A stretch of DNA of 15,523 nt from Gemmatimonadota bacterium (GTDB lineage: Bacteria; Gemmatimonadota; Gemmatimonadetes; Gemmatimonadales; GWC2-71-9), in assembly GCA_039588295.1 (NCBI GenBank), contig JBDHAB010000059.1:1-15523 (forward strand). The letters are read 5' to 3'. The position numbers and the translations under genes were made by a program. Within the stretch, counting starts at the first letter, position 1. Each line of letters starts with the position of its first letter. This document shows positions 1 to 7,398 of this stretch, piece after piece. The notes beneath the pieces were generated by a model. The model made no database searches. It saw only the letters and a program-made list of their open reading frames with translations, and was not told the origin of the DNA.

Positions 1-314
1 CCTTCTTCATCGCCGCCACGCTCAAGACCGCGCTGGGCTCGTCCACCGTCGCCATCATCACGACGGCCTCCATCATCGCGCCGCTGCTCGATTCGCTGGG
101 ACTGGCTGTCGGCGTCGGCCCGGCGCTGACGACGCTGGCTATCGGCGCCGGCTCGATGACTCTCTCGCACGCCAACGACAGCTATTTCTGGGTCGTCAGC
201 CAGTTCTCCGACATGACCGTGAGCCAGGCGTATCTGCTTCAAACCGGCGGCTCGGCGGTGGCCGGCACGACGGGCATCGTGGCGGTGTTTGTGATGGGTT
301 TGTTCGTGTTATGA
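1..314 (+). CDS. GntP-family gluconate/H+ symporter-type permease, 3' part (5' truncated by window edge)
   Basis: Not in the ORF track. The frame from base 3 translates FFIAATLKTALGSSTVAIITTASIIAP...LAIGAGSMTLSHANDSYFWVVSQFS...VL* (TGA 312-314). The K-x-A-x-GSSTVA and SHANDSxFW motifs are typical of GntP permeases. Confidence 0.9.
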   Translation, partial: FFIAATLKTALGSSTVAIITTASIIAPLLDSLGLAVGVGPALTTLAIGAGSMTLSHANDSYFWVVSQFSDMTVSQAYLLQTGGSAVAGTTGIVAVFVMGLFVL

Positions 315-385
315 GTTCTGAGGTCTTGCTTTGGGCAAGCAGCTTTCGCATTGCTCCTCTCCCACCGTCATCTGCAACCACTCCT

Positions 386-515
386 TCTCTGTCGCTCACG
401 GGGCACGGCCCGTAGGTTTGGCTTGAGTTACACGTCGGAGGCACAGATGCGCGCTCATGCCCTCCTCGCCGTTCTCGTCCTCGCGCCACTCACCGACGCC
501 ATGGCCCAGGACCAG
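386..515 (+). repeat. Copy A of a shared upstream region + RBS + signal-peptide module
   Basis: Hand alignment to 9697-9825: 61/81 identical ungapped over 435-515, plus about 30/49 in the upstream part. Confidence 0.8.
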
Positions 516-983
516 CCACTGCAACCGGGCCAGCGGGTGCGGGTGACGGCACCTGGTCTCGGCATCAACCGACAGGTGGCCACGTTTGACGGTCTCGCCG
601 GTGATGCGCTCGTCGTGACAGCCGATTCCACGATGCGATGGCCGCTCGCGAACGTGACACGGCTCGACGTGCATCGTGGTAGGGGAGTCAGCGCGACACG
701 GTGGGTGGCGATGAGTGTCGGAGGGCTGGCGCTCGGCGCGGGCATCGGATGGGGCATCGGGAAGGCCATCGATGAGTCGTGCGAGGGAACGTTTTGTCTG
801 GACCTCGCGCAGGGTTGGGGTCTCGGAGTGGGAGCGGCTATCGGCTTCGTGGCTGGATTCACCGCGGGTGCTCTCATCAAGACCGACCGCTGGGAGGAAG
901 TCCCGCTCGACCGCTTGCGCGTGAGCGTCGGGCCGCAGCGCGGAGGAAGGGGGTTCGCGCTAGGGGTGGCGGTCAGGTTCTAG
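447..983 (+). CDS. Exported/membrane hypothetical protein with glycine-zipper helices (178 aa)
   Basis: GGAGG at 437-441 precedes ATG 447 (preferred over the ORF-track start at 351). Signal peptide MRAHALLAVLVLAPLTDAMA|Q, two Gly-rich hydrophobic segments (GGLALGAGIGWGIG; GLGVGAAIGFVAG), C-terminal beta-strand ending in F. Confidence 0.85.
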   Translation: MRAHALLAVLVLAPLTDAMAQDQPLQPGQRVRVTAPGLGINRQVATFDGLAGDALVVTADSTMRWPLANVTRLDVHRGRGVSATRWVAMSVGGLALGAGIGWGIGKAIDESCEGTFCLDLAQGWGLGVGAAIGFVAGFTAGALIKTDRWEEVPLDRLRVSVGPQRGGRGFALGVAVRF

Positions 984-1004
984 GCATCAGTAGACCCGAA
1001 TTCT

Positions 1005-1044
1005 CAGCCCCGAGCGCCCACGCGGCGTTCGGGGCTGTGGTTTG
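1005..1044 (+). terminator. Repeated hairpin copy 1 (terminator/REP-like)
   Basis: CAGCCCCGAGCGCC-CACGC-GGCGTTCGGGGCTG: 14-bp stem with one G.U pair, then TGGTTTG; 21 nt after the stop at 983. Confidence 0.7.
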
Positions 1045-1171
1045 ACATCACAAATCTGTGGTCTGCGAAAGATGTGCGATCTCAGCTTCCGGCGCGCTCC
1101 TCGACCGGCCGGCATCAGAGGCGGAGAGAATCTCTTAGAACAGCATCACGGAATGCCGACTCCGATGGTGG

Positions 1172-2086
1172 TCAGGCGGTTGGGCGGTAGTTGGGGCCAG
1201 CGACTCGTATCACCGCCGCCGCGACCGCGTCCGTCGCCTGCGCCAGGAACTCGAAGTCGAGCGTGTCGAGCCGGTCGCTCGCCCGGTGATAGTGCGGATT
1301 CCTGAGATACGCCGTGTCGGTGAGCATGAGGGCCGGGTACCCGGCGTCCCAGAACGACGCGTTGTCGCTGAGCCGCGTGTCCGGCACCAGCCATCCCCGG
1401 AGCGGGGTGCGGAAGGTGACGACAGCGAGAGCGGGCACGGCCTCGCGCGCGGTGGCCACGAAGGTCCGAAGCAGCCGGGCCGAGCCACCGTGACCCGTCG
1501 CCGCGAGGAACGTGCCCTCGCGCGGGACACGCTTCCAGAAGAGGAGCGGCGGGATTGACTGGCTGCCCCGCCTCGGGTCCGTGTAGCCCAGCATCTCCAA
1601 GATGAACGCCCCCACGTAGCGGACCCGGCGACGGCGCGCCTCCTTCGCGAAGGCTCGGCTCCCCGCACGGTATGTGATGCCCTGTGGCTCCTCGAGGTTG
1701 AAACCCACGAGGTCGACGTCGGTGGCAAGGGGGACGCCGCTGAGGAACCGGGCCACCTCGAGCAGGGCCGCCACTCCACTCGCGTTATCATCTGCGCCAG
1801 GCGTCCCGCGCACAGTGTCGAAGTGTGCCCCGACGAGCACCCGGGGGCGGCCGGCGTCCGCTCCCGGCTTGGTGGCGACCACGTTGTCGTGTGAGGATCC
1901 GCCGAAGACGAAGGGGCGCCGCCCGGCCTTGAGCCCCACCGCCCGCAACTCGCGCTCGACATATTGCGCGGCCGCGTCGAGCGCGCCGGGGGACGAAACC
2001 GGGTGCCGCTCGCCCTCAAGCGCCGCAACGTGTGCCCGCAGGCGCTCGGGCTCGGCGGTGCCAAGAGGGTGGGAACTCGTCGACAT
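1172..2086 (-). CDS. M28-family zinc aminopeptidase-like peptidase (304 aa)
   Basis: Motifs VGAHFD, PGADDNASG, NLEE, LEMLGY, SDNASFW, NPHYHRASD. Start placed at ATG 2086; the track's GTG at 2173 adds 29 residues that do not look family-like. Confidence 0.92.
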   Translation of the reverse strand: MSTSSHPLGTAEPERLRAHVAALEGERHPVSSPGALDAAAQYVERELRAVGLKAGRRPFVFGGSSHDNVVATKPGADAGRPRVLVGAHFDTVRGTPGADDNASGVAALLEVARFLSGVPLATDVDLVGFNLEEPQGITYRAGSRAFAKEARRRRVRYVGAFILEMLGYTDPRRGSQSIPPLLFWKRVPREGTFLAATGHGGSARLLRTFVATAREAVPALAVVTFRTPLRGWLVPDTRLSDNASFWDAGYPALMLTDTAYLRNPHYHRASDRLDTLDFEFLAQATDAVAAAVIRVAGPNYRPTA

Positions 2087-2397
2087 GATGCCACGAAAGA
2101 TGACGACGGGCACCTCGTTGTAGCCATCGTCATCGCCTGCGCCGGTATCCGGGTCAGCGTTCACCTTCAGCACGCCCTCGTGATGATCCGGGGTTTGGAG
2201 GTCAGGCCGCGCGGAGTCGAGGGTACGGCGTAGCTACCCCCTCGGTCGATTCGTGCAAGGCCCCGGGGCTTCGTGAGCCGTCCGGAGACCGTTTCCTGTT
2301 TGTAGGGATAGAGGGTCAGGCGCGGTCGAGATTGGCTCGTCCGTCGTGATCCAGCGGTCCCCGTCAGTGGGGGAAGCGCCCCCCAGGGAGGTGCACG

Positions 2398-3132
2398 ATG
2401 CGCAAACGCTGGCTGCCCATTGTCATTGTGAGTGTGCCGCTCGTAACCGCGGTATGTGGCGAAGGCGAAGAAGTCTTCGAGCCGGCCGGCCCCTTTGCAG
2501 CCTTGGCCGCCTGCACGGGAGACTGTTTCGGAGATCTCGGTAAGATCCTCGATGGCATGTTCATCATCCTCAAGGAAGCCGATGATCCGCCCAACAACCA
2601 TCTCCCTCTAGGTTACGTCTTCGATATCGATACAGGCGAGTTCAGGTTCGACCTGGACCTCGACTCGGACCCGGGGCCGGAAACGGGTTTACGTGGCACG
2701 CTGACTCCGCTCGAGGAGTGCACCAACGGTCTGCAGCAACATGATGTCTGTCTGGCTTCCTGGGCGACACGCACGCTCCTCACGGGGGTCGAGACGGGAA
2801 GCGGCGTATTTAGTATCATCGATCACGGCTTGACGAACCCGCCGAATCAGACGGAAAGTTTCCGAATCACCATCGTTCAGCGGAATCCCACGCTCACGAG
2901 TGAGAACTGCGATCTGGAAATCACGATCTTCGATCTCGGCGTGCATCCGCAGGTGGCTGGGGATGAGCTGCAATCGGCTCACATCGGCTTTGTCGTGACC
3001 ACCGACGGCAGCCGGCTCGAGGGAACGTTCCTCTACGGCCCCGGCATGGGCGCGGCCACGGTGACCGGGACGTACGATGGTGCGCCGTATTCGTGCACGC
3101 TCGACCTCGATTCGTGGACCATGTCCTGCTAG
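2398..3132 (+). CDS. Hypothetical protein, probable lipoprotein (244 aa)
   Basis: GGGAGG RBS; MRKR + hydrophobic stretch + VTAVC lipobox-like motif; several Cys (ACTGDC, EC-x8-C, SC...SC at the C-terminus). No family recognised. Confidence 0.8.
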   Translation: MRKRWLPIVIVSVPLVTAVCGEGEEVFEPAGPFAALAACTGDCFGDLGKILDGMFIILKEADDPPNNHLPLGYVFDIDTGEFRFDLDLDSDPGPETGLRGTLTPLEECTNGLQQHDVCLASWATRTLLTGVETGSGVFSIIDHGLTNPPNQTESFRITIVQRNPTLTSENCDLEITIFDLGVHPQVAGDELQSAHIGFVVTTDGSRLEGTFLYGPGMGAATVTGTYDGAPYSCTLDLDSWTMSC

Positions 3133-3180
3133 GCGGTGGATAGCCGTGCGCGAGCGCACTCGATTGGGCGGTTCGCCTTT

Positions 3181-3219
3181 GGCCCCGAGCGTCACGCGGC
3201 GTTCGGGGCTTTCGGTTGG
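3181..3219 (+). terminator. Repeated hairpin copy 2 (terminator/REP-like)
   Basis: GGCCCCGAGCGTC-ACGC-GGCGTTCGGGGCT then TTCGGTTG; 48 nt after the stop at 3132. Confidence 0.7.
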
Positions 3220-3463
3220 CCTCCGATGACGGATGCGCGGCGGTAGGGCGAGTGTGTCAACGCAGCATCAGCACGCGCCACAAAGGCTCTCAACTCGTGC
3301 AACGCGTACCGGACCAATTCACTTCCATTTGGCATTGCTACGACTCTTGTCAGCAATGGTCCCACGTCGTATTAAGGTGAACACAAAGAAGACCATTCCC
3401 CTCGGTGGCCCTCTCTTCGCCCCGACGGTACCGAACACCTTCACTGAAGACGGAGGTGCCGAA

Positions 3464-4348
3464 ATGCGATTCGTCCGCCTCATCACTTGTGCAACCATGG
3501 GTGCGTCGTGGGCTCTGATAGCGGGCTGTGGGTCAGTTGATGCGCCGACGCTCAATCATCCGTGTGTGTCATGGTGCAATACGGTAGCCCCGTGGCCACA
3601 CGACGGGAATCCATACGAGAGTCAAAACTTCACGGTCTATAGTGATGGTGCGAGTCTTCAGGCTCGCATGGACCTTGCGGCGATTGCCGAAGGAGTGCTC
3701 ACCGATCTGAGCACATTGTTTGAAATCCCAAGCAACGACCTCTTCGTCTTTCCGGCCAATCAGACCAAGATCCACCTGTATGCATTCAGGTACCATAACC
3801 CCACTCAATGGGGCGGGCAGGGATACTGGGGCGGTTTCATCGTCTACTCTCTGGATCATCCGGAGCGCACCGCAGCAGGTTTGACTGAACTCGGTAACTA
3901 TACGCGGTTAGTGACCCATGAGCTGACTCACGTGATTCAGAGTCTGATCGTCGGGTCCAACCATAGTTACTCCACGCATACTTGGTTTGAAGAGGGGTTG
4001 GGAGAATTCGTTTCGTCCCTGAATCCCGAGCGCAGCATCATGAACTTGACGGACCTGAACAACTTGACCGGGGAATATGGCGAACTGAATCCCATTGCCA
4101 TCCACAACGACGTATATCCCGCAATCGAGGGCGTAGGAGTGAATTACTTCTACCCGATGTTCGAACTGACCATGCGATACCTGCTTGACGATCAGGGAAT
4201 GGGTCATTCGCCCTTGGATGTCAAGGAAGTGTTTCTCGATATGCGCGACGGCATGAGCTTCAGCGATGCGTTCCAAGGCAACTTCGGTTTATCCGTCGTC
4301 GACCTCGAGGCTGAGTATTTCGTCCGGATCAGGCAGTATTTGAGCTGA
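3464..4348 (+). CDS. Lipoprotein gluzincin (clan MA) zinc metallopeptidase (294 aa)
   Basis: GGAGGT RBS before ATG 3464; LIAGC lipobox; HELTH (HExxH) followed by WFEEGLGEF, which supplies the third-ligand Glu. Confidence 0.88.
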   Translation: MRFVRLITCATMGASWALIAGCGSVDAPTLNHPCVSWCNTVAPWPHDGNPYESQNFTVYSDGASLQARMDLAAIAEGVLTDLSTLFEIPSNDLFVFPANQTKIHLYAFRYHNPTQWGGQGYWGGFIVYSLDHPERTAAGLTELGNYTRLVTHELTHVIQSLIVGSNHSYSTHTWFEEGLGEFVSSLNPERSIMNLTDLNNLTGEYGELNPIAIHNDVYPAIEGVGVNYFYPMFELTMRYLLDDQGMGHSPLDVKEVFLDMRDGMSFSDAFQGNFGLSVVDLEAEYFVRIRQYLS

Positions 4349-4373
4349 CTCGCGCTTATGCCAAAGATGGCAA

Positions 4374-4466
4374 GCCAAACCAAGGTCTGAAGGATGACGC
4401 TTCCGGGGAGGTCAGCGTCAATCGCCGGCCTCCCCGTTGGCTTCCAGTTCACGCGAGCAATTCGGC
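4374..4466 (+). other. Possible degenerate integron attC-like site
   Basis: 93-bp imperfect palindrome 25 nt after the stop: GCCAAAC...TGAA...CGGGGAGGTC/GGCCTCCCCG...TTCA...ATTCGGC. Both end boxes are one change from a GCCGAAC/GTTCGGC pair. Confidence 0.3.
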
Positions 4467-4510
4467 TGGTGTGCCTTCAGTGTACCCAAACGATCGTCAT
4501 TCAGTGTGAC

Positions 4511-4548
4511 GGCCCCGAGCGTCACGTGCCGCTAGGGGCTTTGTTTTG
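4511..4548 (+). terminator. Repeated hairpin copy 3 (terminator/REP-like)
   Basis: GGCCCCGAGCGTCACGTGCCGCTAGGGGCT followed by TTGTTTTG. The first 16 nt are identical to copy 2. Confidence 0.7.
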
Positions 4549-4722
4549 CGCTCGCTGGCGTTGCGCGTGGCCGATGCGCAGAATAGAGCATGCGGGGCTT
4601 CGAGGTCCACCTGACGCGGCCACTGGCTGGGATCCCCGATGCGTCCCGTTGAAGGAGCACTGAGCCACACTTGAAACCGAACACTTGCCTCAGTGGGTGG
4701 CTCTGAAGGAAGGAGGGTACGG

Positions 4723-5073
4723 ATGGACCCGTTTGATGTTCTGTTTTCGTTCAAGGGACGTCTCAACCGGAAGCCGTTTTGGCTGTACCAGCTTGCCGTT
4801 GCCGTTGCCACGTCCGTGCCCTTCTTCCTCGGTGAAGGCTGGCTCGCGGGTGTTCTGGAATTGTGGGCACAGGCCGCACTCTCGGTGAAGCGTGCGCACG
4901 ATCGGGGAAGAAGTGGCTGGTTCGTGCTTGTGCTGCTCGTTCCACTCGTCCAGATCTGGCCCTTCATTGTGCTCTGGTTCCTGCGTGGGACTGCTGGGGA
5001 CAATCAGTACGGACCTGATCCGTTGCCGGAATCCAGGCCAAAACCGCAGATATCGACGTCCAGGGACATCTGA
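4723..5073 (+). CDS. DUF805 (YhaH/YhaI-like) inner-membrane protein (116 aa)
   Basis: AGGAGG RBS before ATG 4723; FSFKGRLNRKPFW, KRAHDRGRSGW and GTAGDNQYGPDP motifs. Confidence 0.93.
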   Translation: MDPFDVLFSFKGRLNRKPFWLYQLAVAVATSVPFFLGEGWLAGVLELWAQAALSVKRAHDRGRSGWFVLVLLVPLVQIWPFIVLWFLRGTAGDNQYGPDPLPESRPKPQISTSRDI

Positions 5074-5228
5074 CTGGTACCGTCCGGGTCGCACACGCGG
5101 TGAGCGCTTGCCGACGCCTGGCGTTGAGGTGGCCTTTGAGCGTACGCTTGGGCAGTGGTGTGGTCCGTCCTGGCGCAGTGAAAACCGATACCGCCTGCCG
5201 CCGAGGTGTGGCCGTGCGAGGAACAGGG

Positions 5229-6290
5229 ATGCGACACCGGCGAGTCGAAGGCGTGATCCGCAAGCTCAGCCTGCTCTTGCTGTGCACGACATGCCTGGCA
5301 TGTACCGATCAGGAGTTGATTCCCCTCCAAGTGCAGTTGGGTGCGAGAACCCTCAGCAAGCTGCCGTTCGTGATCGCTGAGGACCAAGGGCTCTATGAGA
5401 AGCACGGTGTGGACGTCGACCTGTGGTTGCCCCCACCTGGATCCGAGGGTGGGATTGCGCTACCTGGCTTCTGGGGAAAGGTCTGGCTAAAGACCGGCAT
5501 CAAACGATGGGGGCCGGACATCACGGTGAGCGGCCATACCCCGGATATGGTGAATCGGGTCACCCAGGCTCGGAATCCCCGCTCTATTGCTATAGGGGCA
5601 ACGGACTGCGTTGTTCGCGCTCACATTACTGGCCGCCCGGGAATCGACAGCCTGGAGGAACTCAAAGGGAAGCGCCTGGGCGTTTCCCTCGGCATCCGCG
5701 CCACGACCGGCTTCGTGGCCCTGCTGTTGGCCCAGCGAATGGGCTGGCACCCGGTCCAGGACATTTCGATCATGCTCAACGGTCGGAGTGTTGGAGCATT
5801 ACGGGACGGGGTGGTGGATGCCATCGTGGCGAGCGAGATGAGATTCGCAACCGCCCGGCAGGAGGGCTTTCCGATCTTAGCGGATACACGGACCTGGGAC
5901 GAGCCTATCGCCGGTAACAGTGTCCTGGTGGATCCGGCGTGGCTGGACGACAACACGCACCGGGAGGCCGCGCGTCGGTTCCTGAAAGCGACAGCAGAGG
6001 GTATCGCGCTATTCCACCAGGACCGTGAGTTGGCTCTGCAGGTGCTCGCCAAGTGGTACGGAATCAAGGATCGGGAGTTTGCCGAGACGGTCTACGCCAG
6101 AGGAGCCTCGAGACCGCGCGCGCCCTACCCCTGCTACGACGGCATCAAGAAGACGATGGAGCTCTACGACTCGAACGAAATGCGGAAGTACGAACCGGAG
6201 GACTTCTATGATGACCGCCTGATGCGCGAGCTAGTTGAGAGCGGCTTCATCGACAGCCTGTACGCGGTTCCTGGCCCACGGTCCCCATAG
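5229..6290 (+). CDS. ABC-type substrate-binding lipoprotein, SsuA/NMT1/THI5-like (~353 aa)
   Basis: CLAC lipobox; LPFVIAEDQGLYEKHGVDV, IDSLEELKGKRLGV, ALRDGVVDA, RRFLKATAEG motifs. Start ATG 5229 (or GTG 5253). Confidence 0.88.
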   Translation: MRHRRVEGVIRKLSLLLLCTTCLACTDQELIPLQVQLGARTLSKLPFVIAEDQGLYEKHGVDVDLWLPPPGSEGGIALPGFWGKVWLKTGIKRWGPDITVSGHTPDMVNRVTQARNPRSIAIGATDCVVRAHITGRPGIDSLEELKGKRLGVSLGIRATTGFVALLLAQRMGWHPVQDISIMLNGRSVGALRDGVVDAIVASEMRFATARQEGFPILADTRTWDEPIAGNSVLVDPAWLDDNTHREAARRFLKATAEGIALFHQDRELALQVLAKWYGIKDREFAETVYARGASRPRAPYPCYDGIKKTMELYDSNEMRKYEPEDFYDDRLMRELVESGFIDSLYAVPGPRSP

Positions 6291-6414
6291 GAGTCGCGCC
6301 CGCAGGCAACGCGAGACTACGCCCGCCGACCTCACGTCGCTGCCTCCTTCGAGCCCTGGTTGCATTCCTGGCGGAAGTGGCGTCTGTTTGAGTGACTCGG
6401 GCTGGCGTGCTCGC

Positions 6415-6464
6415 GTGTCACCGATCGAGCCACGAATGTCCCAAGTCCGACATATGATGTCCCA
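6415..6464. promoter_or_regulatory. Phased operator-like repeats upstream of the 6538/7399 gene pair
   Basis: RTGTC at 6415, 6436 and 6457 (21-bp period). ATGTCCCA is exact at 6436 and 6457. ATGTC-N8-GACAT palindrome at 6436-6453. Confidence 0.45.
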
Positions 6465-6537
6465 GGGGCGTGCTAGCGGGATGCTACGGAAGGCCAGATC
6501 TTGGTGACTGGGCCAGACCCCGGTGACAGGAGGAGCC

Positions 6538-7329
6538 ATGATGAGACGACGGTACCTGCTCGCCCTGGCGACTATGGTGCTCGTTCCTGGACTGCTTGCC
6601 TGCCCGAACCCCGTACGCCAATACACGGCGGACTCCGAGTTCATCTTTCGCGGCACACACCTGGTGCTGGATGCCTCCACCATCGACGCCGAGGAGGTCT
6701 CCGGCCTGGCCATCGTTCGCGTCGATGAGGTGCTCAGCGGCGCTCCGGTGTTCCGCGGCTTGGCCGGCCAGCAGGTGACCGTCCGCCTGAGCGAACCGGG
6801 ACGGGCGAGGGTGGGACAGGAACGGGTCTTCTTCACACGAAGCTGGCACTTCGGGGAGAGCATCGGCGTGATCGAAGTCGGCAGCGTCGAGGCGCCTGAT
6901 GCTCGGGGGTTGGAGCGAATGCAGGATGACATCCGGCAGGCCCAGCAAGCGCAATCGGACGCGGAGCTGACGGAACTGTTGCAGTCCGCCGAGTTGGTGA
7001 TGCGCGGTCGGGTCGAGCGTGTCCGACCCGCCGACGTCCCTCCGATGGCGAGTGAACACGACCCGATGTGGCATGAGGCGGATGTTACCATCGTCCGATT
7101 GCTGAAGGGCGAGTTCCAGGAATCGACGATCACCATCTGGTTCCCGATGAGTGACGACGTGATGTGGCGCCTGGCACCCCGTTTCGAGCCGAATGTCGAG
7201 GGTATCTGGCTGTTGAAGACGGTGCAGTTCGCTGGTCGCCCCTTGGAACGTTTGACGGCGCTCACGCCGCAGGAGTTTCGCGTGCCGGCGGAGGAGGATC
7301 GGGTCACTCGGCTGCTTCGGCGCCGGTGA
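6538..7329 (+). CDS. Lipoprotein with two tandem TIMP/NTR-like OB-fold repeats (263 aa)
   Basis: AGGAGGAG RBS; LLAC lipobox; internal repeat SEFIFRGT...IVRVDEVLSG...VGQERVFF versus AELVMRGRV...VTIVRLLKG...PNVEGIWLL. The fold call is by pattern only. Confidence 0.75.
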   Translation: MMRRRYLLALATMVLVPGLLACPNPVRQYTADSEFIFRGTHLVLDASTIDAEEVSGLAIVRVDEVLSGAPVFRGLAGQQVTVRLSEPGRARVGQERVFFTRSWHFGESIGVIEVGSVEAPDARGLERMQDDIRQAQQAQSDAELTELLQSAELVMRGRVERVRPADVPPMASEHDPMWHEADVTIVRLLKGEFQESTITIWFPMSDDVMWRLAPRFEPNVEGIWLLKTVQFAGRPLERLTALTPQEFRVPAEEDRVTRLLRRR

Positions 7330-7398
7330 TGGTGGTGATCCTTGGGTAGACCGTCACGCCGTTCGTGATCGCAGCACAGCGAATCTCGGAGGTCAGCC

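Noticed and set aside
1045..1110. Loose resemblance to a c-di-GMP-I riboswitch (GCGAAAG...AGCTTCCGG)
   Set aside because: The GGCAAA and GACGCAAAGC core motifs are missing and no same-strand gene follows.
2259..2271. GGCCCCGGGGCTT as a collapsed fourth copy of the repeated hairpin
   Set aside because: Only the outer arms match; too short to separate from chance in GC-rich DNA.
1005..4548. Repeated hairpins as a CRISPR array or canonical attC sites
   Set aside because: They are 1.3-2.2 kb apart, there are no cas genes, and they are too short and lack RYYYAAC/GTTRRRY boxes.
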